Positions 1 to 12,575 of a stretch of DNA of 64,000 bases are shown here, piece by piece. Position numbers and translations under genes: made by a program. Source of the DNA: Somniosus microcephalus (taxonomy: Eukaryota). The DNA is taken from assembly GCA_052327205.1 (NCBI GenBank), contig CM126209.1, positions 33,852,001 to 33,916,000 on the forward strand. Reading direction: 5' to 3'. Every line of letters begins with the position of its first letter. Position 1 is the first letter of the stretch. The notes under the pieces were generated by a model, which was not told the origin of the DNA, searched no databases, and worked only from the letters and a program-made list of their open reading frames with translations.

Positions 1-10
1 AACTGCTTAC

Positions 11-113
11 TGTGGTACTAACCATCCTAGTGGATGGGGGATTTGGCCGACGGTACCTGGCGAGAGTGGGTAATAGGGAGAAATATCTGAAGGATGTGGA
101 GGCCTAGGAATTC
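11..113 (-). CDS. TCF7L2: TCF7L2 internal coding exon (exon 7 equivalent), (G)[33 protein letters not shown](Q)
   Basis: Minus strand reads tctctag|GA ATT CCT AGG CCT CCA CAT...GGA TGG TTA GTA CCA CA|gtaagc; 103 nt. Peptide matches vertebrate TCF7L2. Internal alternative donor TG|GTTAGT (exon end 23) removes LVPQ. Confidence 0.97.
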
Positions 114-1934
114 CTAGAGAAAACAAAAACAGACCCAATATTAACTTTCAAAAGCACAAGTGATACAAATATGTTCATAACATGGTTAAATTTGAATGTG
201 CAATTGTTCCATTTACCTTCCTGTTTCCAATTATGCCAACACTTGAACTGAAACTGCATGCCAAGCCGTCAATGGCCCATGTCCTACGCACCATTTATCT
301 CCATTATTTGCTACAGCTCAGCATATTTTTAATAATCGTTGCAACTGTTGTTTATAAAGTTATCTTCAGCTCGAGGGCCACCAATATCTGCGCACAGGTG
401 ACTTGAACATTCAGTTATATCACTACAACTGGAATTAGTTACAGCATCATTTCTGTACAAACAAGCTTGATATTTAACTTTAGTTTTAGAGAATCAGTAA
501 GCCTTTGAGTATTCTGGGAGCATTTTCGCACCAGTGAGATCCAAGAATTTTCATAAAACACTATATTTTGGTTTTATTTGATCCTTTCCATAGCATTCAG
601 CTTTTGAAATCAAGAATACAGGTTCTTTTAGCTCATCCGTGAATCATTTTTATGTCGATAATAGATTAAATATCTTGCATGTGACTTCACATACTTCCTG
701 TAACACGTCTGAGTTATGCTTATAGTCTAAGTTATTATAGCCTGATAAGAGTCATTCTTATACCTGATTCACTTCCAGCCCTGGTCCTTCCAACCTCAAC
801 TTTCCATTAGCTCCAGCACACCACACAAGAGCTGGTAAGCTGAAAACAGCCTGACCATCTTCATTAATTTGATCGATAAACTTCATTTATTTAAAATAAA
901 CCTCACTTTCAAAACATTGAGTGGTCACAACTACTTTCAAATCACTAAGTCTGGCCGACACCTGCTTTTTCTACCCTGTACGGCCACGTAAATCTTTTCC
1001 TTCATACCCTAGCTACCCCTCCACCCCATTCCTCACTAATTCCACAGCCCTCAAAACCTCTCTCCTTGCTAGTGCTAGGCCCTACGCCCCCCTCCACTCA
1101 TATCACAAACTACACCCCCTCCCTACTACCGACACACCCCATTCCCCTTCCCTAGTGATCCTGGGCCCTTTCCGTGAAAAAGTATTTTTCATTAGACCAT
1201 ATTAACACCCTTAAATTAAAAACAACAATTCCTCTGACAATCGCAAGCACCACCTATCATAAACAATGCCATGGGAAATCCACTAGTGTGTGATAAATGT
1301 ATAAAAATAATAAAAATATCCCAGTGCACACCAGTCACACACTGTAACATGCAAAAGAATCATAAAATTGCTGACGTCATCTGGCTTGGAGTCAGAAATT
1401 TACAAGGAACTACCATTGTCTGCCAACTGACCTCGCAACTTCAGAAGCAATTACATTAGCCAGGATTTGCCCTTTAGATAATTTCCCCATGGAAAGTATC
1501 TGGGCAGTCGTAAAGAGTCGCCAGATTAAACACAGCTCCATCATAACAGTTAGATGTCACAACCGAGTCCCTGACTATCTTGAGCGCAATACCATGGGAG
1601 GTCTGCTAATATCTAAATTGTGCTTTACTTCTAACATTTTGCACAGCACCGCTGAAAGCTATTCTACACACCTCACACCGGAAGACAGAAAGTAAGATGG
1701 TCATCCACAAAAGCAAAGAATCTGTTTCCCAGAAGTTCAGGCAAGGAGATTACAACTACAGATTTACAGAGCAAATTGTGGTACAATACCAAATGGTGTA
1801 CTGTAAAGTATCCTCGATCAAATCTTTACACCGAGTCACTTTGATCAAGTTTCTAAACATTTCTCTCAAAGCCCTTGAATCTCGTTACGTTTTCAGGGCC
1901 TCAAATGTTGCCCTGCAATTTTACTCCAGGCCTG

Positions 1935-2638
1935 CTATTTATTTCACTTATTGGGCATTGTACACTATTTATTTCACTTATTGGGCATTGTACACTATTT
2001 GTTTCACTTATTGGGCATTGTACACTATTTGTTTCACTTATTGGGCATTATACACTATTTGTTTCACTTATTGGGCATTGTACACTATTTATTTCACTTA
2101 TTGGGCATTGTACACTATTTGTTTCACTTATTGGGCATTGTACACTATTTATTCCACTTATTGGGCATTGTACACTATTTATTTCACTTATTGGGCATTG
2201 TACGCTATTTATTTCACTTATTGGGCATTGTACACTATTTGTTTCACTTATTGGGCATTGTACACTATTTATTTCACTTATTGGGCATTGTACACTATTT
2301 TTTCCACTTATTGGGCATTGTACACTATTTATTTCACTTATTGGGCATTGTACACTGTTTCACTTATTGGGCATTGTACACTATTTATTTCACTTATTGG
2401 GCATTGTACACTATTTGTTTCACTTATTGGGCATTGTACACTATTTATTTCACTTATTGTGTATTGTACACTATTTGTTTCACTTATTGGGCATTGTACA
2501 CTATTTGTTTCACTTATTGGGCATTGTACATTATTTGTTTCACTTATTGTGTATTGTACACTATTTGTTTCACTTATTGGGCATTGTACACTATGAAGCT
2601 ATTGGTTTCACTTATTGTGCACTGTACACTATGAAGCT
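1935..2638. repeat. 30-bp minisatellite, ~23 copies, unit CTATTT(A/G)TTTCACTTATTGGGCATTGTACA
   Basis: Directly visible tandem array with A/G variant units, one unit shortened by 4 bp near 2355 and degenerate final units. Confidence 0.98.
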
Positions 2639-3239
2639 TTTTATGCCCCCAACAAATCCCAGTGCGTAAAGAAGGGTCAACAGGTGACATTAATCACATT
2701 TTTCCACAAACAATTTAACATCCTTCTCTTGTATGGCATTATTTAACTGCACAATTTGTAGGATGGTAATGTTTACCTGGGTGCAGCCAGGGCACAGTCA
2801 AGGCCACATGAAGCCAGAATAAATGTTTGGAATTCAATTTGCACAGCCCCTGTGCAGTGTTAATTATTGATATGAAAACAGCTAGGGCACTTATTTATCA
2901 TACAGACAGAAAATGACTTAATTAACTGCGACCAACAAATGAGGCTTTCTCCCTCCCGTTTTCATTTGAAGCTACAATATATATTTTATCATTCATCCAC
3001 AGTAAATGTCTTATACGACTTTAAATTCAAGATTATAATTTCTCTTTAAGATATCCAGACAGGAGTTGATTTTTTTTTTTTTTTTTTTAAAAAGGTGGAA
3101 AGAAAAAGAGCAGCATGTGTACGCAAGAGGAAAATACGTGTAGGTGAGGTCAGGATTAAAAAGAGCTTGCAAGCAAGAAGAAAAAACATATGGGGTAAAT
3201 TGTATCAGAAACTCAAATGGGAAGGTTTTAACTAGATTA

Positions 3240-3610
3240 AAGCAACTTCCTTAAAGGCCCAGGGGATAAATTCACTGCATGCTGTGGTACTGAGCCACAG
3301 ACTATCGGGTTACAATTTGCAGCCTGGTCTTTGCCAGGGCGGTGATGGAGATACTACAAACTGGCCTCAGTATCCCAAGCTGTGGGTTGGGGCTAATCAG
3401 CCAGCTCTGCTGCTCCCGATCAATATCCAGTGATCCCTGCTGGAAAGTAAACATAGGCAAGGACAGGATCAGCCTCAGCCATGACACCCCCCACCAAAGT
3501 CAAACAATTGCTGGTCCAGGCTCATATATGAAGAATCATGATCATTTGAGCAAAAAAAACTGTCAGGCCACTGACACCTGTGGAACTTAAGGAAAAGGGG
3601 GGTGGGAAGA
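3240..3610 (+). mobile_element. AmnSINE2-like tRNA-derived SINE, diverged
   Basis: Motifs gtactgagccacag, ggcctcagt, tatccagtgatccctgctggaaag, ggacaggatc, gctcatatatgaagaat are shared with other copies in the window; family name recalled from consensus. Confidence 0.65.
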
Positions 3611-3730
3611 GAAAGTATAGGTTTCAATGAACTAAAATTCACTTTTTATGGGAGTAAAGGAAAATGCACTGCGGCGTATGGTCAAGAGCAACTTCTCTCA
3701 AGTTGAACCAGAAGTTCATAGTGATGACAA

Positions 3731-4135
3731 GTGTCAGCCTTGGCTCAGTTGGTAGCACTCTCATCTCTGAGTCAGCAGGTTGTGGGTTCAAGTCCCACTC
3801 CAGAGACTTGAGCACAAAAATCTAGGCTGACACTGCAGTGTAGGACTGAGGGAGTGCTGCACTGTCGGAGGTGCCAACTCTCAGATGAGATCTAAAACCA
3901 ATCTGCCCTCTCAGGTGGTACTATTCAAAGAAGAGCAGGAGTGCACTCCTTGATGTCCTGGCCAATATTTACCCTTCAACCAACACCAAAAACAGATGAT
4001 CTGGTCATTTTTGCAAATTGGCTGCTACGTTTCCTACATTACAACAGTGACTAAGCTACAAAAAGTACTTCATTGGCTGTAAAGTGTTTTGGGTCGTGAA
4101 AGGCACTATATAAATTCAAGTTCTTTCTTTTCTTT
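3731..4135 (+). mobile_element. SacSINE1/DeuSINE-type SINE, near full length
   Basis: tRNA-like head with A box TGGCTCAGTTGG and B box GGTTCAAGTCC, Deu-domain-like core (gagggagtgctgcactgtcggaggtgcc), tail gtgaaaggcactatataaat..ttctttct; homologous to 45838-46275. Confidence 0.88.
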
Positions 4136-5649
4136 ATAAGCATGTCAATCTCACTTTGCCATTACACTTCAACTAAAGATTCATGCATCTATTTCTGGAT
4201 TTGACTCCAAAAGCATCTCTTGAATGGTTTGCCACAGTTGGTATTGGAAACTGACCTTTGACCTGATCAACACATATACAGATGATGAATCATCTTAACC
4301 ATTACAATCTATAGGCATTGCACAGTTTAAATACAATCATACGTGGTATGACATGGTATTCAATGTACTCCAGCACCACCCAGGTACATTGAGGGTTTAC
4401 ATCCACAGTAACTACCGCCCTTCTCCCCTCCCCCCCCCCGCCCCGCCCCCCAGTAAAAGTTATCATTGCAGCTCTGGGATAGTGTTGAGTGAAGGTTATA
4501 GAATTTTGCCAGACAGCAGGAGAGTTGTTCTATGGCACCTTCTAGTAGCTGGTTAGAACAAAACTGGCACTGACCTGTCTACTCAGCAGTGAAACAGAAC
4601 CTGGCAATATACAGCTCACTGACTGGATCAGAGGTCTACGATAATGATGCATAAGTATGCACTAGCCAAAATCTACATCCAAAGGTATACTCTCCTAAAC
4701 TGCCTGAGACTAGAACAAAACAATGTGGTGTCCTTTCAGTTTTAGGGCATCCAATAACGAGAAATGCAGTGTTTGGTTTTAGCACTGTGCACTTCACAAT
4801 GCATCATGGAACGACGAACCTTTTGTGTCATACAATTGCATGACGCATTATGACTTAGCCGGTGCAATTAACCGGAATTTTTTTTTTTGTAGAATTGTAC
4901 AAATGGTAATATCGTAGCACTATTTCACCATTATTACTTTCTTCAATATTCCCAGATACATTCCCAACACTATCCCATTCCCAAATAAGGTCCAATCTAA
5001 GGGATTTACCAGCTGGAGGGTAACTGCCACCTGGCATCTTCAAGTTGCTTCTGTGATATTACCATGTGCATGTAGTTCAGGCAGAGCGGCTTCAGGTTAA
5101 TTGGTAATAAACTCACTTCAGATTGAGTTCTTCAATTTAGAAATGGAGGTACAGAAATAAGAACTGATTCAGTTTGGTATACTCACGAAGCATCGCATCA
5201 TATAAAGTCACATCTGACAGTGTGCGATATACACATACATAAAATATATGTAGCGCGCTTCAATGACCCACACACTTTAAGGCAATGCAGAAAGGCAGTA
5301 TAACTTGCTACACTTACACAGATCTGCGCATGCTAAATTGGAGCATGAAACAGATGTTGAACTGGCAATAAAGAATAACTAGCACGGGTGCAATCCAACA
5401 CATCACCAGAAGAGCCAATACCCGCTGGAGACCTGAACAATGATGCTTGTTGAGGTAAACGCAATATTGATCAGGAAACCCTGCAATATGGGTACTGGCA
5501 ATATGGACATTTAACACGCTAAAGAAACCAAAACAAAAGAAACTAGCACAGGATTTCTGATATTTTTTATCATGAGAAGTTATAAATTTCTGAGTTATTT
5601 CTTCCTCTCTCCTTTTTCCCTTCCCAATTTACTTCCCTCATGTTGACAG

Positions 5650-5825
5650 TAGGGAAAGAGCTGGGGTAATCATAGTCCAGCCTGATCCTGTACTCACCCA
5701 GTGTCTAGACGCAGACACACACTTTCTTCCAGGAATAACTGATTAGCAATTTAGAGCATCCATCCATACCAATTTTTCTCTCTAACCCAGGGGCACTGAG
5801 GTCAACAGTAGCATTCCTGCTGCCT
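5650..5825 (-). mobile_element. AmnSINE2-like SINE fragment
   Basis: Reverse-complement matches (cctgatcctgtactcaccc, ctaacccaggggcactgagg) to the copy at 3240-3610. Confidence 0.55.
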
Positions 5826-6143
5826 TTGTAGGTGCCTTATGCTGAAGGTTAGGAAGCAGTAAACCTAAGGGGGCAATATCTGCTTTTATAAACTAGAACG
5901 TTAAATCTTCCCATTTTATTTAAGAGCAGCCAATTCCTTCCACTTTCTGTGGTTGGAGTTTGTTCTATAAAATTTCATTACTCTTACCAGTGGAAACCGA
6001 TCCAATCAGGATTCACCTGCAATAATACCCAAGTGGCTTACGGGCCTCTTAACTAGTAAAATACCACTCAGCTCCGGAATGAGTAGGAAACTGCACATTA
6101 AGCAGAGCAGCAAAAATCTGTACACCCAATTTCCATGACGTGG

Positions 6144-6212
6144 TTGACGTAAGAAAACTACTAGGCACTTGGTCTAAGTATTAAACAAGGCGTAGTAGTT
6201 TTCTTACGTCAA
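6144..6212. repeat. Inverted repeat/hairpin: perfect 20-bp arms with 29-nt partly paired loop
   Basis: TTGACGTAAGAAAACTACTA (6144-6163) and TAGTAGTTTTCTTACGTCAA (6193-6212) are exact reverse complements. Confidence 0.92.
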
Positions 6213-7296
6213 TTTAATCAACTGTTTTTCAACATGGAGATCTAGTTGTGTCCTTCACTAGTTCCTGTTAAAGAATGTCCTGAGCAAGCTGGGCCCATGC
6301 CCGAGTATTTATACTCTCCCTGGACAGCGCCACCAGCAGGCCGCCCAGTATCATTTCACAAGTCATTTACACATGAATGACAAGATTCATGTCAACGGTC
6401 ATTTTCAACTTTCGAAAAAAAGATTTATAGACCTAGGGCATCAGAAGCTAAGTTATATATACTCGTGTAATCAAGCCAGCATTTGAAATCAGAAACAAAA
6501 AGTAAGCTACAATTCAAGTTTTAAAAATTGCACTCATTGTTTATTTGTATTGATTGTACAGGAAATATTTTAATTAATGTATTCGTTATTTCTAGTTTTC
6601 TCTGTGCTTGTAATGATCACATTTAAACAACCCAACCGTGAGGTTTTCAACTCCCCATGAGAGTCAACTATATAGCTGGTTGGTGCATCCGGGTTTTTCA
6701 AACAGTGTCCAGTTCATCTGTATGAAGTACCCCTGAGCCCGGTACTGTTCAGCTGATTTATCAAGTGCAGTTCAAGAGCTGCATGGTAGTTGGTGGGGTA
6801 GATGCTTAGTCTTAGGTGCAGTCTGCGCTCCTGGCAACCTTCTCCTACCAATGGCAACACTGAATCAGTGAAGGTAATAAATGCAGCAAAACCCATGTTG
6901 AAAAAATACTTTGCTAAAGAGATTAGCAGCGCCATCATTGAATTAACTCCGGGTGATCAAGTGAGCTAATTCCTACCTAGTTGTTTTAATTCGCCCAGCA
7001 GAAAACTGCCACATCTTTCTCGGAAAGCTCATTAACAAGCCTTAATAAGCAAAAAGAGTTACCAAATTTACTCTTTTTGGGGGTTGGAAAACATATAGAG
7101 GCACACAAAAAGAAAAAAAGAACTGGCAGTTTCCTGGTCTGCCATCAGTTTTAATGCCCATCTTCGCCACTGTCATGTAACAAGAGTGGAAGTACCCTCC
7201 CATTAATAGCTAACTTACTCAACAGAAAGCTACACAGTAGTTAAATAACCTGACATTGCAATCAATTCATTCACTAGTACCCCAATATGGTGCCAA

Positions 7297-7309
7297 TGCC
7301 CCCTGGTGG
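7297..7309 (-). promoter_or_regulatory. Candidate CTCF motif
   Basis: TGCCCCCTGGTGG is the reverse complement of CCACCAGGGGGCA, the CTCF core; motif match only. Confidence 0.35.
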
Positions 7310-9590
7310 ATAACCCATTCCTGGACAGGACTGTGGATGCCCCGGTCGAGAAATGTTATCAAACGGCAAAGGAAGCTTGCTGCGTCAACAGCATCAACTA
7401 GAACCTAGGGCATCCCATAACTTGGCTACAAGTCTGCAGTAGCCAACAGCAGTACCAGATAGAACATGCTCCTTCACTGCATGTATTCTCTGTCCCAAGC
7501 ATAGAACATTTCTTGGGTCAACCTCCAACGAACCATGAATGATGGAGATACTGCAGGTCCCAAAGTGGTCTGTGTATTTTAGTAGTACTGCTACCTGGCT
7601 GAGGTCCATTAACTCAACGCAAGTCAGAAATCAAAACTGAGACATCAACTATTCAATGCCATAACCTGCTGAGCTGACAGTATTGAATCTATACATCTCA
7701 ACCTGCGCACAAAAACAAATCAATGGCAAGATCTATTAGCCAACTAAGCTATGTGCCTACAAGCCAGCAGTAAAATCTGTTCTTTTATTAAACCATTGCA
7801 CGATGATCTCTATTCCTGTGATCCGTCTCTCCTCCTAAATTCTGCTTCAGTAAGTAAAATAGCATGTCTGAACACGGATTATGAAAATGTCCAAAAAGCC
7901 AAGATGTTTTAATTTATAAATGATGGTGAATTGATATGCTTAAGCAACTTTGTGTTACAACTTTAAATTTCTAAAAACAAAACCTGTAATAGAAAATGCA
8001 GAGCACAAAGTTCATGAATTCGGACATGAAGATCATCACATAACATGTGAATAGGAGTTTTAACATGCAACAGCTCAAAATAAATTTGAGCTAAACCTTC
8101 AAATTAGCTTTCTAAATTCTGTCCCAGGGGAGGCTGGAGCAGGCAAGAGCTTACCTGACCAAAGAAAGGAAAAAAACCTTAAAATGTGAATAGTTGAAGT
8201 GGAGACTGGGCAGAAATAATCAGAACCTCGCCTGAGTGATCAAACTGTGGATTTCCCTGCATTCTATCAGCCTCTACTTTTGTGATATGTGCACAGAAAG
8301 AGACTTCAAACATATTAACTGATGCAAACTGCAGGAAAAGTATAATTTGCTGCAGTCAGGAAAGCTATATTGTAATGTCTGCCATTTAGGCATCATTATG
8401 TGGTGGATCAGTGGAGTAGACTGCCTGTTCGACCCTTATAGAAACTAATTCAGATTCAACTGGTGCTGTAAGCTTGCAAATTTTAGATATTCGAGCTTAC
8501 AATTGCAAAGTAGCTTGTGATTCCATCCCTAGTATTGCATGTTTTTTTTAAAAACTTTTATTCGGTCTCTTCCTCTTCCCCACCACCATTCCCAAGCTGA
8601 GGCAGATAATTCGCTCTAAGGCCCCTTACCTATGGTCCTCTATAATCAAGCAAAAGAACCATGACCAGTCCACAGATTTCAAATCCCTGCAGAAAGTGGC
8701 TTGCACCAGTCTGTCCCTCCCCAAAGAGGGGATTGGATCTTCATGGAGTGAGGGATCACAAGCCAGAATCCGTGAGCCACTGGGCAATCACGGTGTTTTT
8801 CAAAAACCTCTAATATGAATGCTATGAAAAGGAGCTCTATGAAACCACAGAACATTAATTTTACCATAAACTAAAAAACTGAAATCATATTTTTATTTTG
8901 GTGCAGTAGTCAAGGCTCAATACACAGGCAATTCTGCAATTTGAATGGTGATTTCTGGAAAACAGTTCTACTGTGGGAAAGCTTTTTTTTTTTAATTTAT
9001 TTTTTGAGCTGGGCAAGCAGTTCAGACTCCAAAAGGACGGCAATTAATTTCTTATATTTTTTGCCAGGTGTGCAGACATTTCACAGGCCTCCTTGAACTT
9101 CCAATTTTCACAAATAGCTTTATGTATACTTTTATGTATAATTTTAAAAGAACAGACAGAATAGGTGCAAATACCGTTCGGAAGTGCCCAGATGGAAATT
9201 GTGCAAATGTGCGGCCTGACCAACAGCACCCGTCCATTTACAAACCACCTGACCGTGGAGGCAGCAGAAACAATGCCTGGCGTGAAATTATATTTGAAAA
9301 GGTTTATTTTTTCCACCGGAAAGCAATTTATCCCTGGCAAAATTACAAGTGGAACATTCTGGCACTGAATGCACAACAATTACATTTAAATTCAATTACA
9401 TTGCTGATGCACATTATTGAAAATGTATAAGTACACAAACAACATTCAACATCACTTAGTTCTGATGCAGACATGGATCTCCCCTAATGCCTTCTGAGTA
9501 AAGAAAAATTCAGAAGAATTTCATCTGAATTGCACTCTGATCCCAGAAACAAACAGCATTATCAGTGAAGAGTTTTTCCCCTTTACCTAC

Positions 9591-9723
9591 CTGTTTTGGG
9601 GTCCACATCTGCTGGTAAGTGTGGTGGAGGGTTACCTGGTGTGAAGTGTTCATTGCTGTATGTTATCAGTGGCGTTAGCGGGTGGACATGGTGGGGGTGT
9701 TGCACAACGGGTACTTTGTTAGA
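9591..9723 (-). CDS. TCF7L2: TCF7L2 internal coding exon (exon 6 equivalent), [44 protein letters not shown](G)
   Basis: 133 nt; acceptor with branch-like ctaat and pyrimidine tract ...tctttcttttggcag|TCT, donor ACAG|gtaggt. Peptide is the characteristic TCF7L2 segment (inside ORF 9583..9777). Confidence 0.98.
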
Positions 9724-11889
9724 CTGCCAAAAGAAAGACAGGAAAAAAAGTGGATTAGACAACAGCAAACCAACCAATGAACCATGACTTAGACTAATGG
9801 CATTGAGTTGAAGGAAAGGGGGGGGGGGGGGGGGGAGAAATATTTAACAGCCTTTTGCTAAATCCTCAACAGGGGACATTTTAACAGATTAAGTGTTGCC
9901 AAAACTCAAGAGGCCTGCATTAGATGATGAATGGTTCAGATCAGATTTTATTTTGATATATGTCATCTCTCTTCTGCTTCCAATTTAAAAAAAATTGTAA
10001 CAAAGGAGAGTAATTTGAATCACTCTGTTGTAAAACAACCATACCTGTTACATTTATTAATCAGGCTTTAGTTACTTAGCAAACATCCATATTTCACCAA
10101 GTCAACACCCAAAAGAAAAATCCATTAAATATGAACCATCTCAAACTAGGGAATCAGTGTCCAAAAAGGTCATCCAAAGAGAGAGAAATTATTAAAAATA
10201 CAAGCCTCTTTGGGTTGCAATGATAGACAACTATGATCACAATGAAAGAGATGCTTTGCTTTTACTTGGTATATTTAGCCTGGTTTATGAATTGTCAGGA
10301 AACAAAAACATCACCTGGTCTTCTTGTCCATTTTAATGACTCCAATTCAACATGCCCCTGATACTCCATAATCATTGTACCTTTACTGTCCAACAGACCA
10401 ATTACAGGTGCAATAATTTTTTTTAATAAAAAGCCAATTTTGATTAATGCCAATATAAAAATAAGCACAGTAATCAAAACACTTATTCTTCATACAACAA
10501 TGAGCCTTTATCATAAATTAGATCTAACACACAGTTATTGTATTATGAAATTAAAGGACAACATGCTAGATTAAAAAAAATGGAGATATAACGCGTTCAA
10601 GGAAATATTTCCACACAGGTCTTCTCAATATACAGAAAAGAGACAACAGTTTGTCATCATCAGGTCTGCTTTAATGAATTAGTGCCATACAGTTATATAT
10701 ATTACACACGCAAACACATGGGAAAATGAGTACGTATTTTAAATTAGATCCTTGTTAACTATTTGAGGACTGAAAATCCGAGAGTAAACAGATTAAAGAT
10801 TCACAGTAAAATAAAAATCTGAAAATGCCACATTCCAGGAGACAGTGTTATCTATGTACTACTACTTAGTGTCTCTATTACTTTGTATGTGGGCCCACCA
10901 GTGACATCTAGCAGCACTACTCCGGTACTACATTATGCTGTTAAAAAGCTGATTTAAAACATTTATCCAAAAGGTGTAGTTTTAAGAGAATATTTTTGAA
11001 CTTATGAAACCATAATGGTATTACATTATCCGGTTCTATTTCAGTTACACAACACCAAGTATGCAAAAAACTCATTTGTACAGCTACTTGAAAAGATGTG
11101 CCTATTTTGAAGACCACTATTGAGGTGCAGGATCCGCAGGGTTAATATTGTCACTATTTGGACTTTTGATATAACAGTAACAACCACCAGCCCCTTTTTT
11201 AAAAAAAAACAGATCTCATTTGTTTCAATGGGAAGTAGAAGTAAAACCTTGAACTTTGGCATGAAGATTTCATCATGATGCTACAGGGCATTTCAGGCAG
11301 TGGAATTGCAGCTGCTTGCTCTTTGGGAGAAGGCTCTGTCCACTGGCATCATAAGCCTCCCGTAAGTTTCTGCTTCGGAAAGAATTTGCAGTAGAATCCT
11401 GCGAGCAAACAGCAGGAGGCTACAGCTAGTTATTTACTGTCTACAGTCTGTCCTGCTTCTAATTGGCGCCTGCTACTGTAGTAATGAGTTTACATTGAGG
11501 CGTGGACAATACAGAGTAGATCATGATTCAGTTTCTTCCCCTTCATAAATGTTTTGAAAGCCCCATCTCCTCATCAACAAACTAATTTCAATTGTAATGA
11601 AACATTTAGTAACAAAAAAAAATCAATTAGGACCCAATACAATCTGACTTCGGTCCATCTCATTTTAGAGATTCCTTGGATCCTGCACCACTTTTCCCTT
11701 CCAAATCTACATTTTATTATGCAAGGTTAATATTTCGGCCAAATTAGCCAAGACGAACTTTAACTTAAAATGCATTAACACATAGGAAAACAGTAGTTAG
11801 AACATTACCTCCTTTTGCAAAGATCACAGGTCTAATGCAGCCTAGAGTAAAGGGGATAGAATATTTCCTCAGGAAGTGCGAACAAGACA

Positions 11890-12350
11890 AGAATCTCGGT
11901 CATCCAGCTTCCTCATCTGTACCAGGACCTGATCTGATGTAGCCTTTAAACCACCCCCTCAATGATGAATCAGGAATTGATGCAACTCCCTTTTGAATGC
12001 CTTGCTGGGGTTCAAAAGGCAATTAATCCAACTGAGAAGTATGCCTTAAGCTAAGTTCAACTCAGGCCTGCATTTCTAGCTTATAAATAATGAGCCTGGT
12101 TCTTTGTTTTTGCACAAAATAGCTCTCTACATCCATCTCATCAATTCCTTGTATTATTTTAAAGGCTTGGGTATTATTCTCTTCTAGCCTTCTACGCTGA
12201 CAGAAATAAGATTTAGCCTCCATCCATGGCACTGTGATCTTAACTCTGGAATCATACAATATTTTCCACTACACCTACATTTTATTTTTCCACTACACCT
12301 ACATTTTTTAAGTCACAGTGGCCGTGCCTGTACACAGCATTTATTTTCCC
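11890..12350 (-). mobile_element. Degraded CR1 LINE 3' fragment
   Basis: Minus strand encodes decayed RRRL..QAFKIIQGIDEMD typical of the CR1 ORF2 C-terminus; contains a ~25-bp internal tandem duplication (12261-12310). Confidence 0.65.
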
Positions 12351-12399
12351 TCCATTGGCTGGAAGGGTCCCAAATGAGTTTGTACAAGTCACAATCCAG

Positions 12400-12575
12400 A
12401 TTTCATAGAATCATAGAAGAATCAGAGATTTATGGCACAGAAAGAGGCCATTTGGCCCATCGTGTCTGTGCCGGCTGAAAAAGAGCTATCCAGCCTAAAC
12501 CTACTTTCCAGCTCTTGGTCCATAGCCCTGTAGGTTACGGCACTTCAAGTGCATATCCAAGTACTTTTTAAAATG
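12400..12575 (-). mobile_element. CR1 LINE 3' tail fragment
   Basis: catagaatcatagaa...ggcacagaaagaggccatttggcccatcgtgtctgtgccggc is the reverse complement of the CR1 3' end with (ATTCTATG)n tail; compare 57730-57787. Confidence 0.75.

Larger units (their letters stand above)
114..9590 (-). other. TCF7L2: TCF7L2 intron (phase 1, GT-AG) between the SNKV and IPRP exons
   Basis: Donor G|gtaggt at 9590, acceptor tctctag| at 114; the split codon G|GA keeps the frame. Confidence 0.93.

Noticed and set aside
921-1205. Pro/Ser/Thr-rich 94-aa ORF
   Set aside because: C-rich low-complexity sequence on the antisense strand with no recognisable homology.
1935-2638. CRISPR-like array
   Set aside because: Units are contiguous with no unique spacers, the context is eukaryotic, and there are no cas genes.
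1697-2669. Three long overlapping + strand ORFs (299, 264, 227 aa)
   Set aside because: Artefacts of a stop-free 30-bp tandem repeat; they encode 10-aa repeated peptides in all three frames, antisense to the gene.
3731-3802. tRNA gene
   Set aside because: It is the tRNA-derived head of a SINE, continuing directly into the SINE body; the same applies at 45838.
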